Origin: Fibrobacteria bacterium
GTDB taxonomy: Bacteria; Fibrobacterota; Fibrobacteria; UBA11236; JADFYW01
Assembly: GCA_050294405.1 (NCBI GenBank)
Contig: JBNKOC010000027.1
Location: 32,001-96,000, forward strand
Reading direction: 5' to 3'
Length of the DNA stretch: 64,000 nucleotides
In this document: positions 39,944 through 49,988 of the stretch, piece after piece
Numbering within the stretch: the stretch's first letter is position 1
Layout: each line of letters starts with the position of its first letter
Program-made: the position numbers and the translations under genes
Notes under the pieces: generated by a model
Databases searched by the model: none
Seen by the model: the letters and a program-made list of their open reading frames with translations, nothing else
What the model was told of the DNA's origin: nothing

Positions 39944-40840
39944 ATGGCCCCCACTTCACCTAGCCTCAACAAGTATTTAACCCGCGATTATATTTCCAGC
40001 ATTAAAAGCCTGCAATTAAAGGCCAATGCTATTATTAAAGGTTCGATGTTAGGTTTGCACTCCTCCCCTTTCAGGGGGTATTCCAGTGAATTTTTCCAAT
40101 ACCGCAGTTATTCTCCGGGCGATCCCATGAAGTATTTCGATTGGAAAATTTATGGCAAAAATGAAAAGAAAATGATTCGCCAATTCAAAAATGAAACCAA
40201 TGCCAGAGTGTACGTGGTACTGGACAGCTCAAAGTCCATGGCATTTAAGGGAGAAAAGGGCGAAGAAAAATTGGAATACGCCAAAGTATTGGGGGCTAGC
40301 ATAGCCATGTTAGCACATCAACAACGAGACGCTTTTTCTTTTATACACGGAGCTAACAACATTAACATTAAAACAGAGTTGGGAAACTCAAACGCCCATC
40401 TAAAAAACAGCCTGACTGTTCTGGAAAAATTAAACTGCGAGGGGCAAACAGAATTAGGTGGCATGTTTAACAAATTGGCTCCCTATTTAAAATCGGGCAG
40501 CATGTGTTTTGTTTTTTCCGATTTTTGGCAGGACCCTTCCCAGTATTTAAACTCTCTTAAAAAAATTTGCCACAAAAGCGCTATTACTTTGGTGCAGGTT
40601 CACAGTCCTGAAGAATCGGCCTTTTTAAAAGGAAAAAACTTGGAGTTGGTAGACATGGAAAGCGGCGAAAAAATCAAATTGTCCGGCTCCCAGTTAGACA
40701 ATCAATATAAAGAAGCCTTAAAAGAATTCCAGTCCCGATTGCATATTGAATTTTCCAAATTAAAACTCCGATATATCAAACTGTCCACAGATGAGCCCTT
40801 TATCCATAGCCTGCGCCAGGTTTTAAATCTTAAGTATTAA
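39944..40840 (+). CDS. DUF58 domain (vWA-like) protein
   Basis: GLHSSPFRGYSSEF.QYRSY.PGD..YFDWK, LDSSKSM, FSDF. Confidence 0.88.
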   Translation: MAPTSPSLNKYLTRDYISSIKSLQLKANAIIKGSMLGLHSSPFRGYSSEFFQYRSYSPGDPMKYFDWKIYGKNEKKMIRQFKNETNARVYVVLDSSKSMAFKGEKGEEKLEYAKVLGASIAMLAHQQRDAFSFIHGANNINIKTELGNSNAHLKNSLTVLEKLNCEGQTELGGMFNKLAPYLKSGSMCFVFSDFWQDPSQYLNSLKKICHKSAITLVQVHSPEESAFLKGKNLELVDMESGEKIKLSGSQLDNQYKEALKEFQSRLHIEFSKLKLRYIKLSTDEPFIHSLRQVLNLKY

Positions 40841-40845
40841 CATAG

Positions 40846-42825
40846 ATGTGGGCTTTTTTAAATCCTTTTGCATTATGGGCCTTAGCCGCCGCAGCCATTC
40901 CCCTGGCTATTCATCTGCTTGGGCGCAACAAATTAAAAACCAGTCCCTTCCCTTCCCTATTGCTTTTAAAAGAGGAACTCTCCCAGGCCTCCCGTCAAAA
41001 CCAACTTAAGAACATATTGCTTTTAATATTGCGCACCCTGTTTATTTTATGCGTAGTCCTTGCCTTGGGCAATCCTGTTTATCGAACTTCTGGCCAGGGC
41101 GCATCCCGTGAAGTCCAACTGGCCTATGTATACAACAACGGTGTATTAGCCGGGTTAAAAACAGAAAATAAAAACACTATTTTTGACCTGGAAAATCAAT
41201 TTTCCCGGCAGTTGGATTCCAGCAGCAAACTGCCTCTAAAAAAGTTTTGGCTAATACCCAGCGCAAGCGACACCCACAGCCCAAAAATCCAGGAGCGTTA
41301 CGGCAATTACAATGATGCAATGGAGCAAATCCGCGGTTTTTTATCCCAAAGTACCGCAGCCGACAACCATATATATATTCCTGTTTTGCGGTATAAAGAT
41401 ATGTTAAATAGCCTTTCCAGTTTGGAAAGGCTTTGCCAAAGTTTTCCCCAGTCCAAATTTTTTCTTTTAGATGGCACTCCATACATTCCCACTTTACCGG
41501 GAATCCACTTAAGCCATGCCAAGGTCCATGCAAAAAAGCCCATATTCCAACTGAGCTACCAGATTAGCAATAAAGAAAAGGCCAATCCAAAAGCCCGACT
41601 CAGAAATTTTTTAGGGGAAAATTTATTACAGGAAATGGATTTACCATCCCAAAACCGGGAATTAGAACTAAACATACCCCTAAATGACAACGCTTTTTAC
41701 ACTGGGAAAATTGCCCTGGACCAAACAGAGGCTTTTCCTCAAATGGGATATTTTGTTTTTAAGGCACCCCAAATCCTGCATATATTGCATGTGGGAAGTG
41801 ATTTAGCCTCCCTTGCCAGCTTAGGCAAGACCCAGCAGTTAAAAAACATAGATCACGTTCCTAACTTTTTAAGCAGCCATTCGGATTCTTTAAGCAAGTA
41901 CAATGCTATTGTTATCGCCAACCCCAGCCTGATTCCCGATGCGGTGTTTTCCAATTTGCAAAATTATATCAAACAAGGGGGAACATTGATTTTTATTCCC
42001 GGTGAAAACATCGATATCCCCCGCAGCAACCGAAACCTTTTGGTTCCTGCGCAAATGGGTTTTTTAAGCAATCGGGAAGAGACACGCCTGGCCGATAACC
42101 AAAATAACACGGAGCTCGAATTAAAAACCCAATCTCTGGGGGATATTCACGAAGCCCTTTTAGCCCTGAGCCCATCATCCTACATTGCCAAACAATATCA
42201 AATCACCCCCCATTTAAATGCCGAAGTGCTGTTGCAATCCAAACAAGGGCCCTTATTGCTCCGCTCCAAAATGGAAAAAGGCTTTCTTTATTTATGGACT
42301 ACCAACCTAGATAACCTGGAATGGACCTCACTGGGAGCCTCTGCTTTTTTACCCCTATTACACCAGCATATAATTGGAGCCACTGATTCGGATAACTGGA
42401 AAAACCAGGAAGTACATTCGGATTCCCAATATGTCATTCCCATAAACTCTGAAGCATCCAAAAAATTTGAAGTTATTAGCCCTTCGGGAAAAATATTTTC
42501 AGAAATAACGGAGCGCTATAATTCCAGGCTAATTGGTCCTTTTCCTAAAACCGGAGTGTACCAGATATTAAACGGCAAAGACAGTAATTACATTGCCGTA
42601 AATTTAGCACCTATGGAAGAATTAGAAAAAGAGGAACTGGACAAAAAATTGCAGAACATAAAAAACTCTGTAAAATGGATAGACTTCCAAAAAAGTATGG
42701 AGCTCATCCAATTAGAAGGCCGTATTTCCCTTTGGCCTTATTTTTTAATGGCGGCTGCTTTATGTCTTTTATTGGAATTGGCGTTGATTCGGTTATTAGC
42801 GCCTAAAATCCGGCTAAAATCTTAG
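40846..42825 (+). CDS. BatA (aerotolerance regulator N-terminal) domain membrane protein
   Basis: FLNPFALWALAAAAIPLAIHL...FPSLLLL...LLLILR; C-terminal TM LWPYFL..CLLLE. Confidence 0.82.
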   Translation: MWAFLNPFALWALAAAAIPLAIHLLGRNKLKTSPFPSLLLLKEELSQASRQNQLKNILLLILRTLFILCVVLALGNPVYRTSGQGASREVQLAYVYNNGVLAGLKTENKNTIFDLENQFSRQLDSSSKLPLKKFWLIPSASDTHSPKIQERYGNYNDAMEQIRGFLSQSTAADNHIYIPVLRYKDMLNSLSSLERLCQSFPQSKFFLLDGTPYIPTLPGIHLSHAKVHAKKPIFQLSYQISNKEKANPKARLRNFLGENLLQEMDLPSQNRELELNIPLNDNAFYTGKIALDQTEAFPQMGYFVFKAPQILHILHVGSDLASLASLGKTQQLKNIDHVPNFLSSHSDSLSKYNAIVIANPSLIPDAVFSNLQNYIKQGGTLIFIPGENIDIPRSNRNLLVPAQMGFLSNREETRLADNQNNTELELKTQSLGDIHEALLALSPSSYIAKQYQITPHLNAEVLLQSKQGPLLLRSKMEKGFLYLWTTNLDNLEWTSLGASAFLPLLHQHIIGATDSDNWKNQEVHSDSQYVIPINSEASKKFEVISPSGKIFSEITERYNSRLIGPFPKTGVYQILNGKDSNYIAVNLAPMEELEKEELDKKLQNIKNSVKWIDFQKSMELIQLEGRISLWPYFLMAAALCLLLELALIRLLAPKIRLKS

Positions 42826-42889
42826 CCAGCACTAATTTTTCAAATTAAGCCGGGATTCCAGTTTTCTGCCTTTTTTTTATAATTAAGCC

Positions 42890-43759
42890 ATGGAAATTAA
42901 TGGCAACAGCAGGTTTATAGGTCTTTTTGGAAACCCTGTGGGCCATAGCCTTTCCCCGCAAATGCACAATCCTAATTTTGAAGATTGTGGCATAAACGCT
43001 ATTTACATTCCTCTAAAAACCGACCCCAATAAAATTGCCACTGCCGTAGATGCTCTAAGGGCCTTTCATTTTTTAGGGGCTAATGTAACCATTCCTTTTA
43101 AGTCAGATGTTATTGCCCATTTAGATGAGGTTTCTGAAATATCCCAAATCATTGGGGCGGTAAACACCATTGTAAATAAAGAAGGCAAATTGTGGGGCAC
43201 TACCACAGATCCCGAAGGCTTTTTGACCAGTTTTAAAACCATGGACGAAAATTTTGATAATAAATCCGTGGCCTTGTTTGGAACAGGCGGCACCGCGCGC
43301 ACTTTGGCTTATGCTTTGAGCTTAATGGAATCCCCAAAACAGATAAACATACTGGGGCGCAATAACGCAAAAGCCGCAAATTTGGCAGCCGAAGTGAAGG
43401 AAAAAACCGGTAAAAATATTAAGGGACACTCTATTTCTGATTTTTCAAAAATCACCCATGAAACAAATGTTATTATAAACGCCACTTCTGTGGGAATGGT
43501 TCCCAATACAGAAAATAGCGTGGCAAAATTCGAAGATTTAAATGAAGGGCAAGTGGTTTATGATGTTGTATACCAACCCGAAGAAACCGCCCTGCTGAAA
43601 TCCGCCCGGCAAAAAGGCTTAAAATGTTTGGGAGGCTTGGGCATGTTAGTCTACCAGGGAATTTCCAGTTTTACCCATTGGACCGGTATTACTCCCAAGC
43701 CCGAACTTTATTTTAAAGCCCTACGACAAGCTCTTGATAACAAAGAGGAGCACAAATAA
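42890..43759 (+). CDS. aroE: Shikimate dehydrogenase
   Basis: GNPVGHSLSPQMHN, GANVTIPFK, GAVNT, INATSVGM, YDVVYQP, GLGMLVYQG. Confidence 0.95.
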   Translation: MEINGNSRFIGLFGNPVGHSLSPQMHNPNFEDCGINAIYIPLKTDPNKIATAVDALRAFHFLGANVTIPFKSDVIAHLDEVSEISQIIGAVNTIVNKEGKLWGTTTDPEGFLTSFKTMDENFDNKSVALFGTGGTARTLAYALSLMESPKQINILGRNNAKAANLAAEVKEKTGKNIKGHSISDFSKITHETNVIINATSVGMVPNTENSVAKFEDLNEGQVVYDVVYQPEETALLKSARQKGLKCLGGLGMLVYQGISSFTHWTGITPKPELYFKALRQALDNKEEHK

Positions 43760-45375
43760 TGGAATTCAAGCTCCCCAAGCGTATTTATTTTACGGGCTTT
43801 ATGGCCACTGGAAAATCCAGAATGGCCGAGTTAACAGCTGCTGCCTTAAAATGGAAATTTTACGACACAGATCTATACATTGTCACTAAAACCGGGCTTA
43901 CCATCTCCGAAATTTTTGAAAACGAAGGGGAAGCTGGCTTTAGAAAATTAGAGCTGGAAGCCCTTGAAGAATTAAGCAAAAAACGCCAGGCCGTAATTGC
44001 TTTAGGGGGAGGAAGCTTAACTCAACCCAAAGCCGTTGAATTGGTTAAAAACTCGGGCATTCTGGTGGGCCTTTGGGCCAAACCCTCCACCATTTTAGAA
44101 AGGGTCAACCGCAAAAACACCCGCCCCCTACTGGCCAATTTGAGTGATGAAAAGAAAATGAAAAAAATTGTTCAGATGCTCGAAGAACGAAAAGACTATT
44201 ACGACCTCGCGGACTTTCAGGTAGAGTCCAGAGAAGATGTGCCTCACCATGTATTAACTCACAAAATTATAAATCGAATCCGTCTGGAATCTTTAAAACC
44301 CTTAACGGTGGAATTGGCGGAGAGAAGTTATCCCATATACATCGAGGAAAAAAACCTGCAATTGCTGCCTGCATTGTCAGAAAAACTGGAATTGCCCTCC
44401 CACTATGTCATTGTCACCGATGTGGTGCTAAAGGAAAAACACAAAGAAGAACTAAAAAACCTATCGGCCCAACTGGGTAATTGCCGAAGCTTTTACTTTC
44501 GCACGGGAGAGGCCGAAAAATCTTTGGTTTCCATAAACCGCCTTATTACATATTTGCTTAAACATAAATATTCCCGCAAAACCACCTTAATCGCTTACGG
44601 AGGAGGCATTGTGGGAGATATGGTTGGCTTTGCCGCTTCCATATTTTTAAGGGGAGTGCCCTTTGTTCAAGTACCCACCAGCTTATTGGCCATGGTAGAC
44701 AGCTCCGTGGGAGGCAAAACGGGAGTCAACCACCGCTATGGAAAAAATTTAATCGGGAGTTTTTACCAGCCCCGGGCCGTTATGATTCAAATAGCCGCCC
44801 TTAAAACTCTGCCCCATATTGAATACCTGGCAGGCATGGCCGAGGTGATTAAGTATGCCGTAATTTGGGATAAAAACTTTTTTGATTTTTTATGGGACAA
44901 TTCAGAAGGCATTCTTAACAAAGATCCCGAACTGCTCCGAAAAATTTTGAAAAAATGCTGTGCCATAAAGGCCCAGGTGGTAAGCCAGGATGAAAAAGAA
45001 TCCGGAATTAGAGCCATATTAAATTACGGACACACCTTTGGCCACGCCATCGAAACCCTGGCGGGTTACGGAAATTTAACTCACGGAATTGCCGTGGCCA
45101 GAGGAATGGTCGTAGCCATGCGGCTGGCAGTGCTTCTAAAAAAAATAAACCCATCAGCAGAAAGTAAACAGTTGGAGCTTTTGAAAAAATTTGACTTTCC
45201 TCTGAAATTTAATGTGAATGAGGAAAGCGCCTGGGATATAATGGGAGTGGATAAAAAAGTCGAGGGAGATAAACGCATATATATTCTCCCCACGGAAATA
45301 GGAAAAGTGGAAAGGGTTTCTGGAGTTGCCAAGGAGTTGGTGCATCAGTCCTGGCAGGCTATTAAAAACCTGTAA
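43759..45375 (+). CDS. aroB: Bifunctional shikimate kinase / 3-dehydroquinate synthase (AroK-AroB fusion)
   Basis: N-terminal GFMATGKS, GEAGFR, RPLL; C-terminal GGGIVGD, PTSLLAMVDSSVGGKTGVN, LNYGHTFGHAIE. Confidence 0.94.
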   Translation: MEFKLPKRIYFTGFMATGKSRMAELTAAALKWKFYDTDLYIVTKTGLTISEIFENEGEAGFRKLELEALEELSKKRQAVIALGGGSLTQPKAVELVKNSGILVGLWAKPSTILERVNRKNTRPLLANLSDEKKMKKIVQMLEERKDYYDLADFQVESREDVPHHVLTHKIINRIRLESLKPLTVELAERSYPIYIEEKNLQLLPALSEKLELPSHYVIVTDVVLKEKHKEELKNLSAQLGNCRSFYFRTGEAEKSLVSINRLITYLLKHKYSRKTTLIAYGGGIVGDMVGFAASIFLRGVPFVQVPTSLLAMVDSSVGGKTGVNHRYGKNLIGSFYQPRAVMIQIAALKTLPHIEYLAGMAEVIKYAVIWDKNFFDFLWDNSEGILNKDPELLRKILKKCCAIKAQVVSQDEKESGIRAILNYGHTFGHAIETLAGYGNLTHGIAVARGMVVAMRLAVLLKKINPSAESKQLELLKKFDFPLKFNVNEESAWDIMGVDKKVEGDKRIYILPTEIGKVERVSGVAKELVHQSWQAIKNL

Positions 45376-45395
45376 AAAATTAATTTAGAGAAAAT

Positions 45396-46370
45396 ATGAG
45401 CGTACTTGTTACAGGCGGAACAGGCTGTTTAGGGTATCACCTGTTATCCATTTTTACAAAGACTAAAGGTCAACTGATATCCTACAGCGATACTCCTCCC
45501 CTATCCTATCGCAAACTCAAACATGTTACTTATGTGGAAGGCGATTTGCAGGACGAGCGAAAATTAACCCAGGTTTTAAACGAATACAAACCCGAAGAAA
45601 TTTACCACGCGGCCGCCCAAAATTCAGTAGGAATATCCAACGAAAAACCCGTGCACACTTTTCAGACCAACGTGCTGGGCACTCAAATCTTATTTGAAGC
45701 CATTCGTAAATCTGTGCCTAAAAGCCGGGTTATTTTCATCAGCTCTTCAGAAATTTACGGGGCGGGAAAAGGAGTAGTGGATATTGTCCATGAAGAAGAA
45801 GATCCGCCGGTGCCTTTTACCGCCTTTGCCACCAGTAAGGCCTGCGGTGAATTGTTGGCCCACCAGTACATTAATGCCCATAAAATGGACATTGTAATTA
45901 TCCGGCCTTTTCACTACACAGGGCCCTATCAATCCAGTATGTATGTGCTTCCTTCCGTTGCCAAACAGCTGGTGGAAATTGAAAGGGACGATGGAGAGCT
46001 TTCCATATTTACCGGAAATTTAGATGTTTCCAGGGACTATATTGATGTGCGGGACTTAGCCAGAGGAATTAGCCTTCTGGCCCATTCGGGTCAGTCGGGA
46101 GATGTATACAATATTTCCTCGGGCAAGGCCGCTCCTATTCGCGATTTGGTAAACCGGCTCATTCAAATGACAGGCAATCCCATTGATATTTGTATTGACC
46201 CTTCCAAAGAACGTCCCAATGACATTCCCCTACTAGTGGGATCCCCCCAAAAAATGATGGATTTAACGGGCTGGACCCCAATTATTTCTATCGAAGACTC
46301 CCTCAGAGACTTATATTCTGAAATGAAAAATAGGGTAAAAACTTCCCGGCAAACCGGGGAAAAAATTTAA
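45396..46370 (+). CDS. Extended SDR / NAD-dependent epimerase-dehydratase (GDP-sugar reductase-like), atypical active site
   Basis: LVTGGTGCLG, YHAAAQ, SSSEIYG, RPF..TGP, GNLDVSRDYIDVRD; the YxxxK motif appears as FATSK. Confidence 0.82.
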   Translation: MSVLVTGGTGCLGYHLLSIFTKTKGQLISYSDTPPLSYRKLKHVTYVEGDLQDERKLTQVLNEYKPEEIYHAAAQNSVGISNEKPVHTFQTNVLGTQILFEAIRKSVPKSRVIFISSSEIYGAGKGVVDIVHEEEDPPVPFTAFATSKACGELLAHQYINAHKMDIVIIRPFHYTGPYQSSMYVLPSVAKQLVEIERDDGELSIFTGNLDVSRDYIDVRDLARGISLLAHSGQSGDVYNISSGKAAPIRDLVNRLIQMTGNPIDICIDPSKERPNDIPLLVGSPQKMMDLTGWTPIISIEDSLRDLYSEMKNRVKTSRQTGEKI

Positions 46371-46394
46371 GGAATAGTTTTTTAACGCAAAAAA

Positions 46395-47546
46395 ATGTTA
46401 GCCGAATTATTGTATGAAATTACAGGTTACAGCCTATTTCACGGAAGGCTTTTTCGGGCCGGGGCTGCGTCCATCACATCCATCTTGCTGGTTTTTATTT
46501 TTATGCCTATCCTTCTGCGTTGGGCGCAAAAAGTAAACGCCAGTTCCGATTTTACCGAAGAGAAATCCAGCGCCCCTCCCATTTTAGGGGGAATATTATT
46601 GGTTCCGGTGGTTTTATTTTCCACCCTTTGCTTTACCATTGTTAACAGTTATGTGTTATCCATTTTGGTTATTATGGTGGCCTTTTTTTCTATCGGCGCT
46701 GTGGACGACTTTGCCAAAATCTGGACTAAGCGTAAAATCATGGAGGGAAAAGAAGAGAAAAAAAGCTACCAGGACAAGGCTGATGGCATCTCCGCACGTC
46801 TCAGACTGAGCCTTTATTTTTTCTTTTCTCTCATTGTTGCCATTTTCGCCTATAAATTTATTCCCGGCATGAACGGCCACATCAGCTTGCCCTTTATAAA
46901 GCCTGATGTTTGGTACCCGTATTTACCCAATTGGGCCTTCATAATTTTGATTTGCCTGGTCATCACCTCCACAGCCAACGGGGCCAACTTTACCGATGGC
47001 CTGGATAGCCTGGTTTCCATCCCCCTTATGACCACCGCTTTGTTTGTGGGAGTGGTCGCTTATATTTCGGGCAACACGGTTTTTTCCAAATATTTTTTAA
47101 TACCCTATTTGCCCGGTGTAGACGAACTTTTTCCTTTATGCGCCGCCATGATTGGCGCTCTGGCCGCCTATTTGTGGTTCAATAGCCCCCCTGCCCAGGT
47201 GTACATGGGCGATTCGGGCTCCATAGGATTTGGCGGAGCTATTGGTATGATGTTTGTGTTAATTAAAGCCGAATTTTTTATGCCCATTGTGGGCTTTGTA
47301 TTTTTAATGGAAGCTCTTTCTGTTTTTTTCCAAATTGGATGGTTTAAAATCACAAAAAACTTGCGGGCGGATAAACAAGGACAAAGGCTTTTTTTGCGGG
47401 CCCCCCTCCACCATCATTTCCAAATGTTATGGAAACATCAATACCCAAATGCCAAGGAACTCAATTCAAAAATTGTATGGCGCTTTCATTTGGTGTCGCT
47501 TTTTGCGCTGGTTCTGGGTTCCCTCATATTTTTTAAAATCAGATAA
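46395..47546 (+). CDS. mraY: MraY-family phospho-N-acetylmuramoyl-pentapeptide transferase (divergent)
   Basis: GAVDD, ANFTDGLD, WFNSPPAQVYMGDSGS, EALSV..QI, APLHHHF. Confidence 0.85.
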   Translation: MLAELLYEITGYSLFHGRLFRAGAASITSILLVFIFMPILLRWAQKVNASSDFTEEKSSAPPILGGILLVPVVLFSTLCFTIVNSYVLSILVIMVAFFSIGAVDDFAKIWTKRKIMEGKEEKKSYQDKADGISARLRLSLYFFFSLIVAIFAYKFIPGMNGHISLPFIKPDVWYPYLPNWAFIILICLVITSTANGANFTDGLDSLVSIPLMTTALFVGVVAYISGNTVFSKYFLIPYLPGVDELFPLCAAMIGALAAYLWFNSPPAQVYMGDSGSIGFGGAIGMMFVLIKAEFFMPIVGFVFLMEALSVFFQIGWFKITKNLRADKQGQRLFLRAPLHHHFQMLWKHQYPNAKELNSKIVWRFHLVSLFALVLGSLIFFKIR

Positions 47547-48497
47547 TACCAGTTTTTTTCCCAGAGGGGCAGTGCTCTGGTTGCGGCTTTCTAAAATAGC
47601 GCTTTCTAAGGGGAAAAAATCCGTTAAATATATACATGCTAAAAATTCCACCCAGGGGTCCAGTTCCTCGCATTGGGGAAGGGTCCTGTAGTCAATATCC
47701 ACTTCACATTTAAGGTTATTGTAGCTAAACTCGTAATGTTCGCCAGACACCACGCCCTCGCCATCCAGATTATAGTGATTCACCACTGTGGCTTTTCGGC
47801 TGCGAAGAAAAAGTTCGTAGCTTTGACAGCTTTTATCCTGAAACTGGAGGTTTTGAGACAATAGCCCCAGCGCATTGGAAATATCGGGAACGCTATCCAC
47901 AAACACATCGTACATAAAATTAAACTCTTCCAAAACCACCCAATCTGTAAAACTCGCCAGCTCACATAAGTTGGCTTCAATAACCGAGTACATGGAATCA
48001 TTTTCAAAGCTGAAGGTTTCCAGCATATTATTTACCTGAAAAGTATCTGGAGGCGAAATAGAATCGCAAAGACTGCTTACTTCAAAACCTTCCGGAATAG
48101 CACCCGTTTGAGAATTGACACTAATCCAATCTCCCTCAAAAGGCAGTCCTTCTTCCGATTCATAGACCCAGGCTTCACAACGGTTAAAAGACCACAATTT
48201 TAAAGTATTGCCCTTAAACTCATAATACTGGGAATAGCCCAAAGAATCGTAAACCACACCTGAATCTGTGCACACGGGAAAATATTCGTAATAATCTATG
48301 GTGCTGCTGCTATCCTCAGCACTATAACTAAAAGCCGTTTTGAGGATAACTTTTCGCTTTGTGTAATCCACTTGAGGGATTTCAGGTGGGGGATCGGGGT
48401 CTTTATCCTTCGAACCGGCTCCATTCCCTCCGGTAAGACAGCCCACTACCATAAAGGAAGATAAAAACACCAATGCCCAAATATTAAAAGCAGCCAT
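47466..48497 (-). CDS. Hypothetical lipoprotein
   Basis: Lipobox FMVVGC, Pro-rich linker, spaced cysteines; its 3' end overlaps mraY convergently. Confidence 0.65.
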   Translation of the reverse strand: MAAFNIWALVFLSSFMVVGCLTGGNGAGSKDKDPDPPPEIPQVDYTKRKVILKTAFSYSAEDSSSTIDYYEYFPVCTDSGVVYDSLGYSQYYEFKGNTLKLWSFNRCEAWVYESEEGLPFEGDWISVNSQTGAIPEGFEVSSLCDSISPPDTFQVNNMLETFSFENDSMYSVIEANLCELASFTDWVVLEEFNFMYDVFVDSVPDISNALGLLSQNLQFQDKSCQSYELFLRSRKATVVNHYNLDGEGVVSGEHYEFSYNNLKCEVDIDYRTLPQCEELDPWVEFLACIYLTDFFPLESAILESRNQSTAPLGKKLVLSDFKKYEGTQNQRKKRHQMKAPYNF

Positions 48498-48562
48498 AAT
48501 AAACTTTAAAATACTTTAACTTTTATGATACAATAAAGACTTAAAAAAATATAGAGGGTCCC

Positions 48563-49678
48563 ATGAGCCTAGTTCAAACAGAATCCCCCAAATCCTCCAC
48601 AAGAATTTTGGCCAAAATTTTAATCATCGACGACGAAGAATCCATTGGAATTGGAGTTTCCGATTTGCTCAATAGCTACGAATATTCTGCCGATTACGTT
48701 ATGTCCGCAGAAGCGGGAGTAAAATATCTGGAATCCAATCCCGATGTGGATATTGTGCTATTGGACATTAATTTGGGCACGGGAATGTCAGGCCTGGAAG
48801 CATTGCCGGTAATAAAAGATCGTTTTCGCTATGTGCAAATTATAATGCTCACCAGCCACGACTCCATTGAAGTAGGCATAAAGGCCATGAAAAACGGGGC
48901 CCACGACTACCTCACCAAGCCTTTTGACGAGCGGAATTTTTTTGAGTTAGTTCCCCAAGCCCTGGAAAAGAAAAAACTCACACAGCTTAGCGATTTGTAT
49001 TTGGGCATATTAGTTCACGATATGAACAACCCCCTCAACAACATCAGCCTGGGCATGGATATGTTGAAAATTACTTTAAAGGAAAACCTGAATCCCAGAC
49101 AAGAACGGCTTTTTGGGGTGGTCCATTCGGGCCTTTGGGAAATAAAAAACATGGTGCGCAACATTTTAAATGTGAACAAGTTTGAGCAGGGAGGTGTGGC
49201 TGCCCGCATCACCGAATTCGAGCTGCGTCCCTGTCTGGAAAAAACCCTGTCTATTTTTTCCGGCCTTATCCAAATTACCGAGAAAAAAATTAAAACCGAA
49301 TTTTTATTGCCAGAAAATTCAAAAATCCATGCGGATAAGGAACTACTCAATCAGGTCATTGGCAATTTGCTTTCCAATTCCTTGCGATATTGCCCCAAAA
49401 ATGAGGAAGTGGAATTTAAGGTGCAGTATTCTGAGCCAAAACTTTTGAAGTTTTCGGTGACCAACCCCGGTTCTTTTGTGCCTGATTCCATGAAAAATGA
49501 AATCTTCAACAAATTTTTTATCGGGCAAGCCCAGGAAAAAGGCAAATCCAACCGTAATTTTGGCCTGGGACTCTCCTATAGTAAAATGGCTGTGGAAGCC
49601 ATGAATGGCCATATTTGGGTTGAAAGTCAGGAAAGTCCAGAAATAACAACTTTTCATTTCACAATCCCCCAATCCTGA
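48563..49678 (+). CDS. Hybrid response regulator-histidine kinase (REC-HisKA-HATPase)
   Basis: ILIIDDE, LLDINL, LTS, YLTKPF; LVHDMNNPL, NLLSNSLRY, FGLGL. Confidence 0.92.
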   Translation: MSLVQTESPKSSTRILAKILIIDDEESIGIGVSDLLNSYEYSADYVMSAEAGVKYLESNPDVDIVLLDINLGTGMSGLEALPVIKDRFRYVQIIMLTSHDSIEVGIKAMKNGAHDYLTKPFDERNFFELVPQALEKKKLTQLSDLYLGILVHDMNNPLNNISLGMDMLKITLKENLNPRQERLFGVVHSGLWEIKNMVRNILNVNKFEQGGVAARITEFELRPCLEKTLSIFSGLIQITEKKIKTEFLLPENSKIHADKELLNQVIGNLLSNSLRYCPKNEEVEFKVQYSEPKLLKFSVTNPGSFVPDSMKNEIFNKFFIGQAQEKGKSNRNFGLGLSYSKMAVEAMNGHIWVESQESPEITTFHFTIPQS

Positions 49679-49988
49679 AAAAATTGTTTGTTTTAAAAAT
49701 CAAAAAGTTTTACCAAATTTATCCACAACCTTAAATCGATATTGTTGAAAGCTGTAAATATTTTCGACAATCACATGCCATTTTAAGCAACTATTAACTC
49801 TTACTCACAACTTTCCAACATCTTTTTGGCTAATGTTTATTGAATGTTGGAAACAATTGTCTCCATTCCCCAATTCTAAATTTGCTGGAGCGCTAATTAG
49901 CTTGTGATGGACCTTGCGGGGATTTATATTTCTAAAAAGGCAATGAGTTTTAGTTAATGTTAACGAGTTGGGCACTCAAGGGGTTGTT

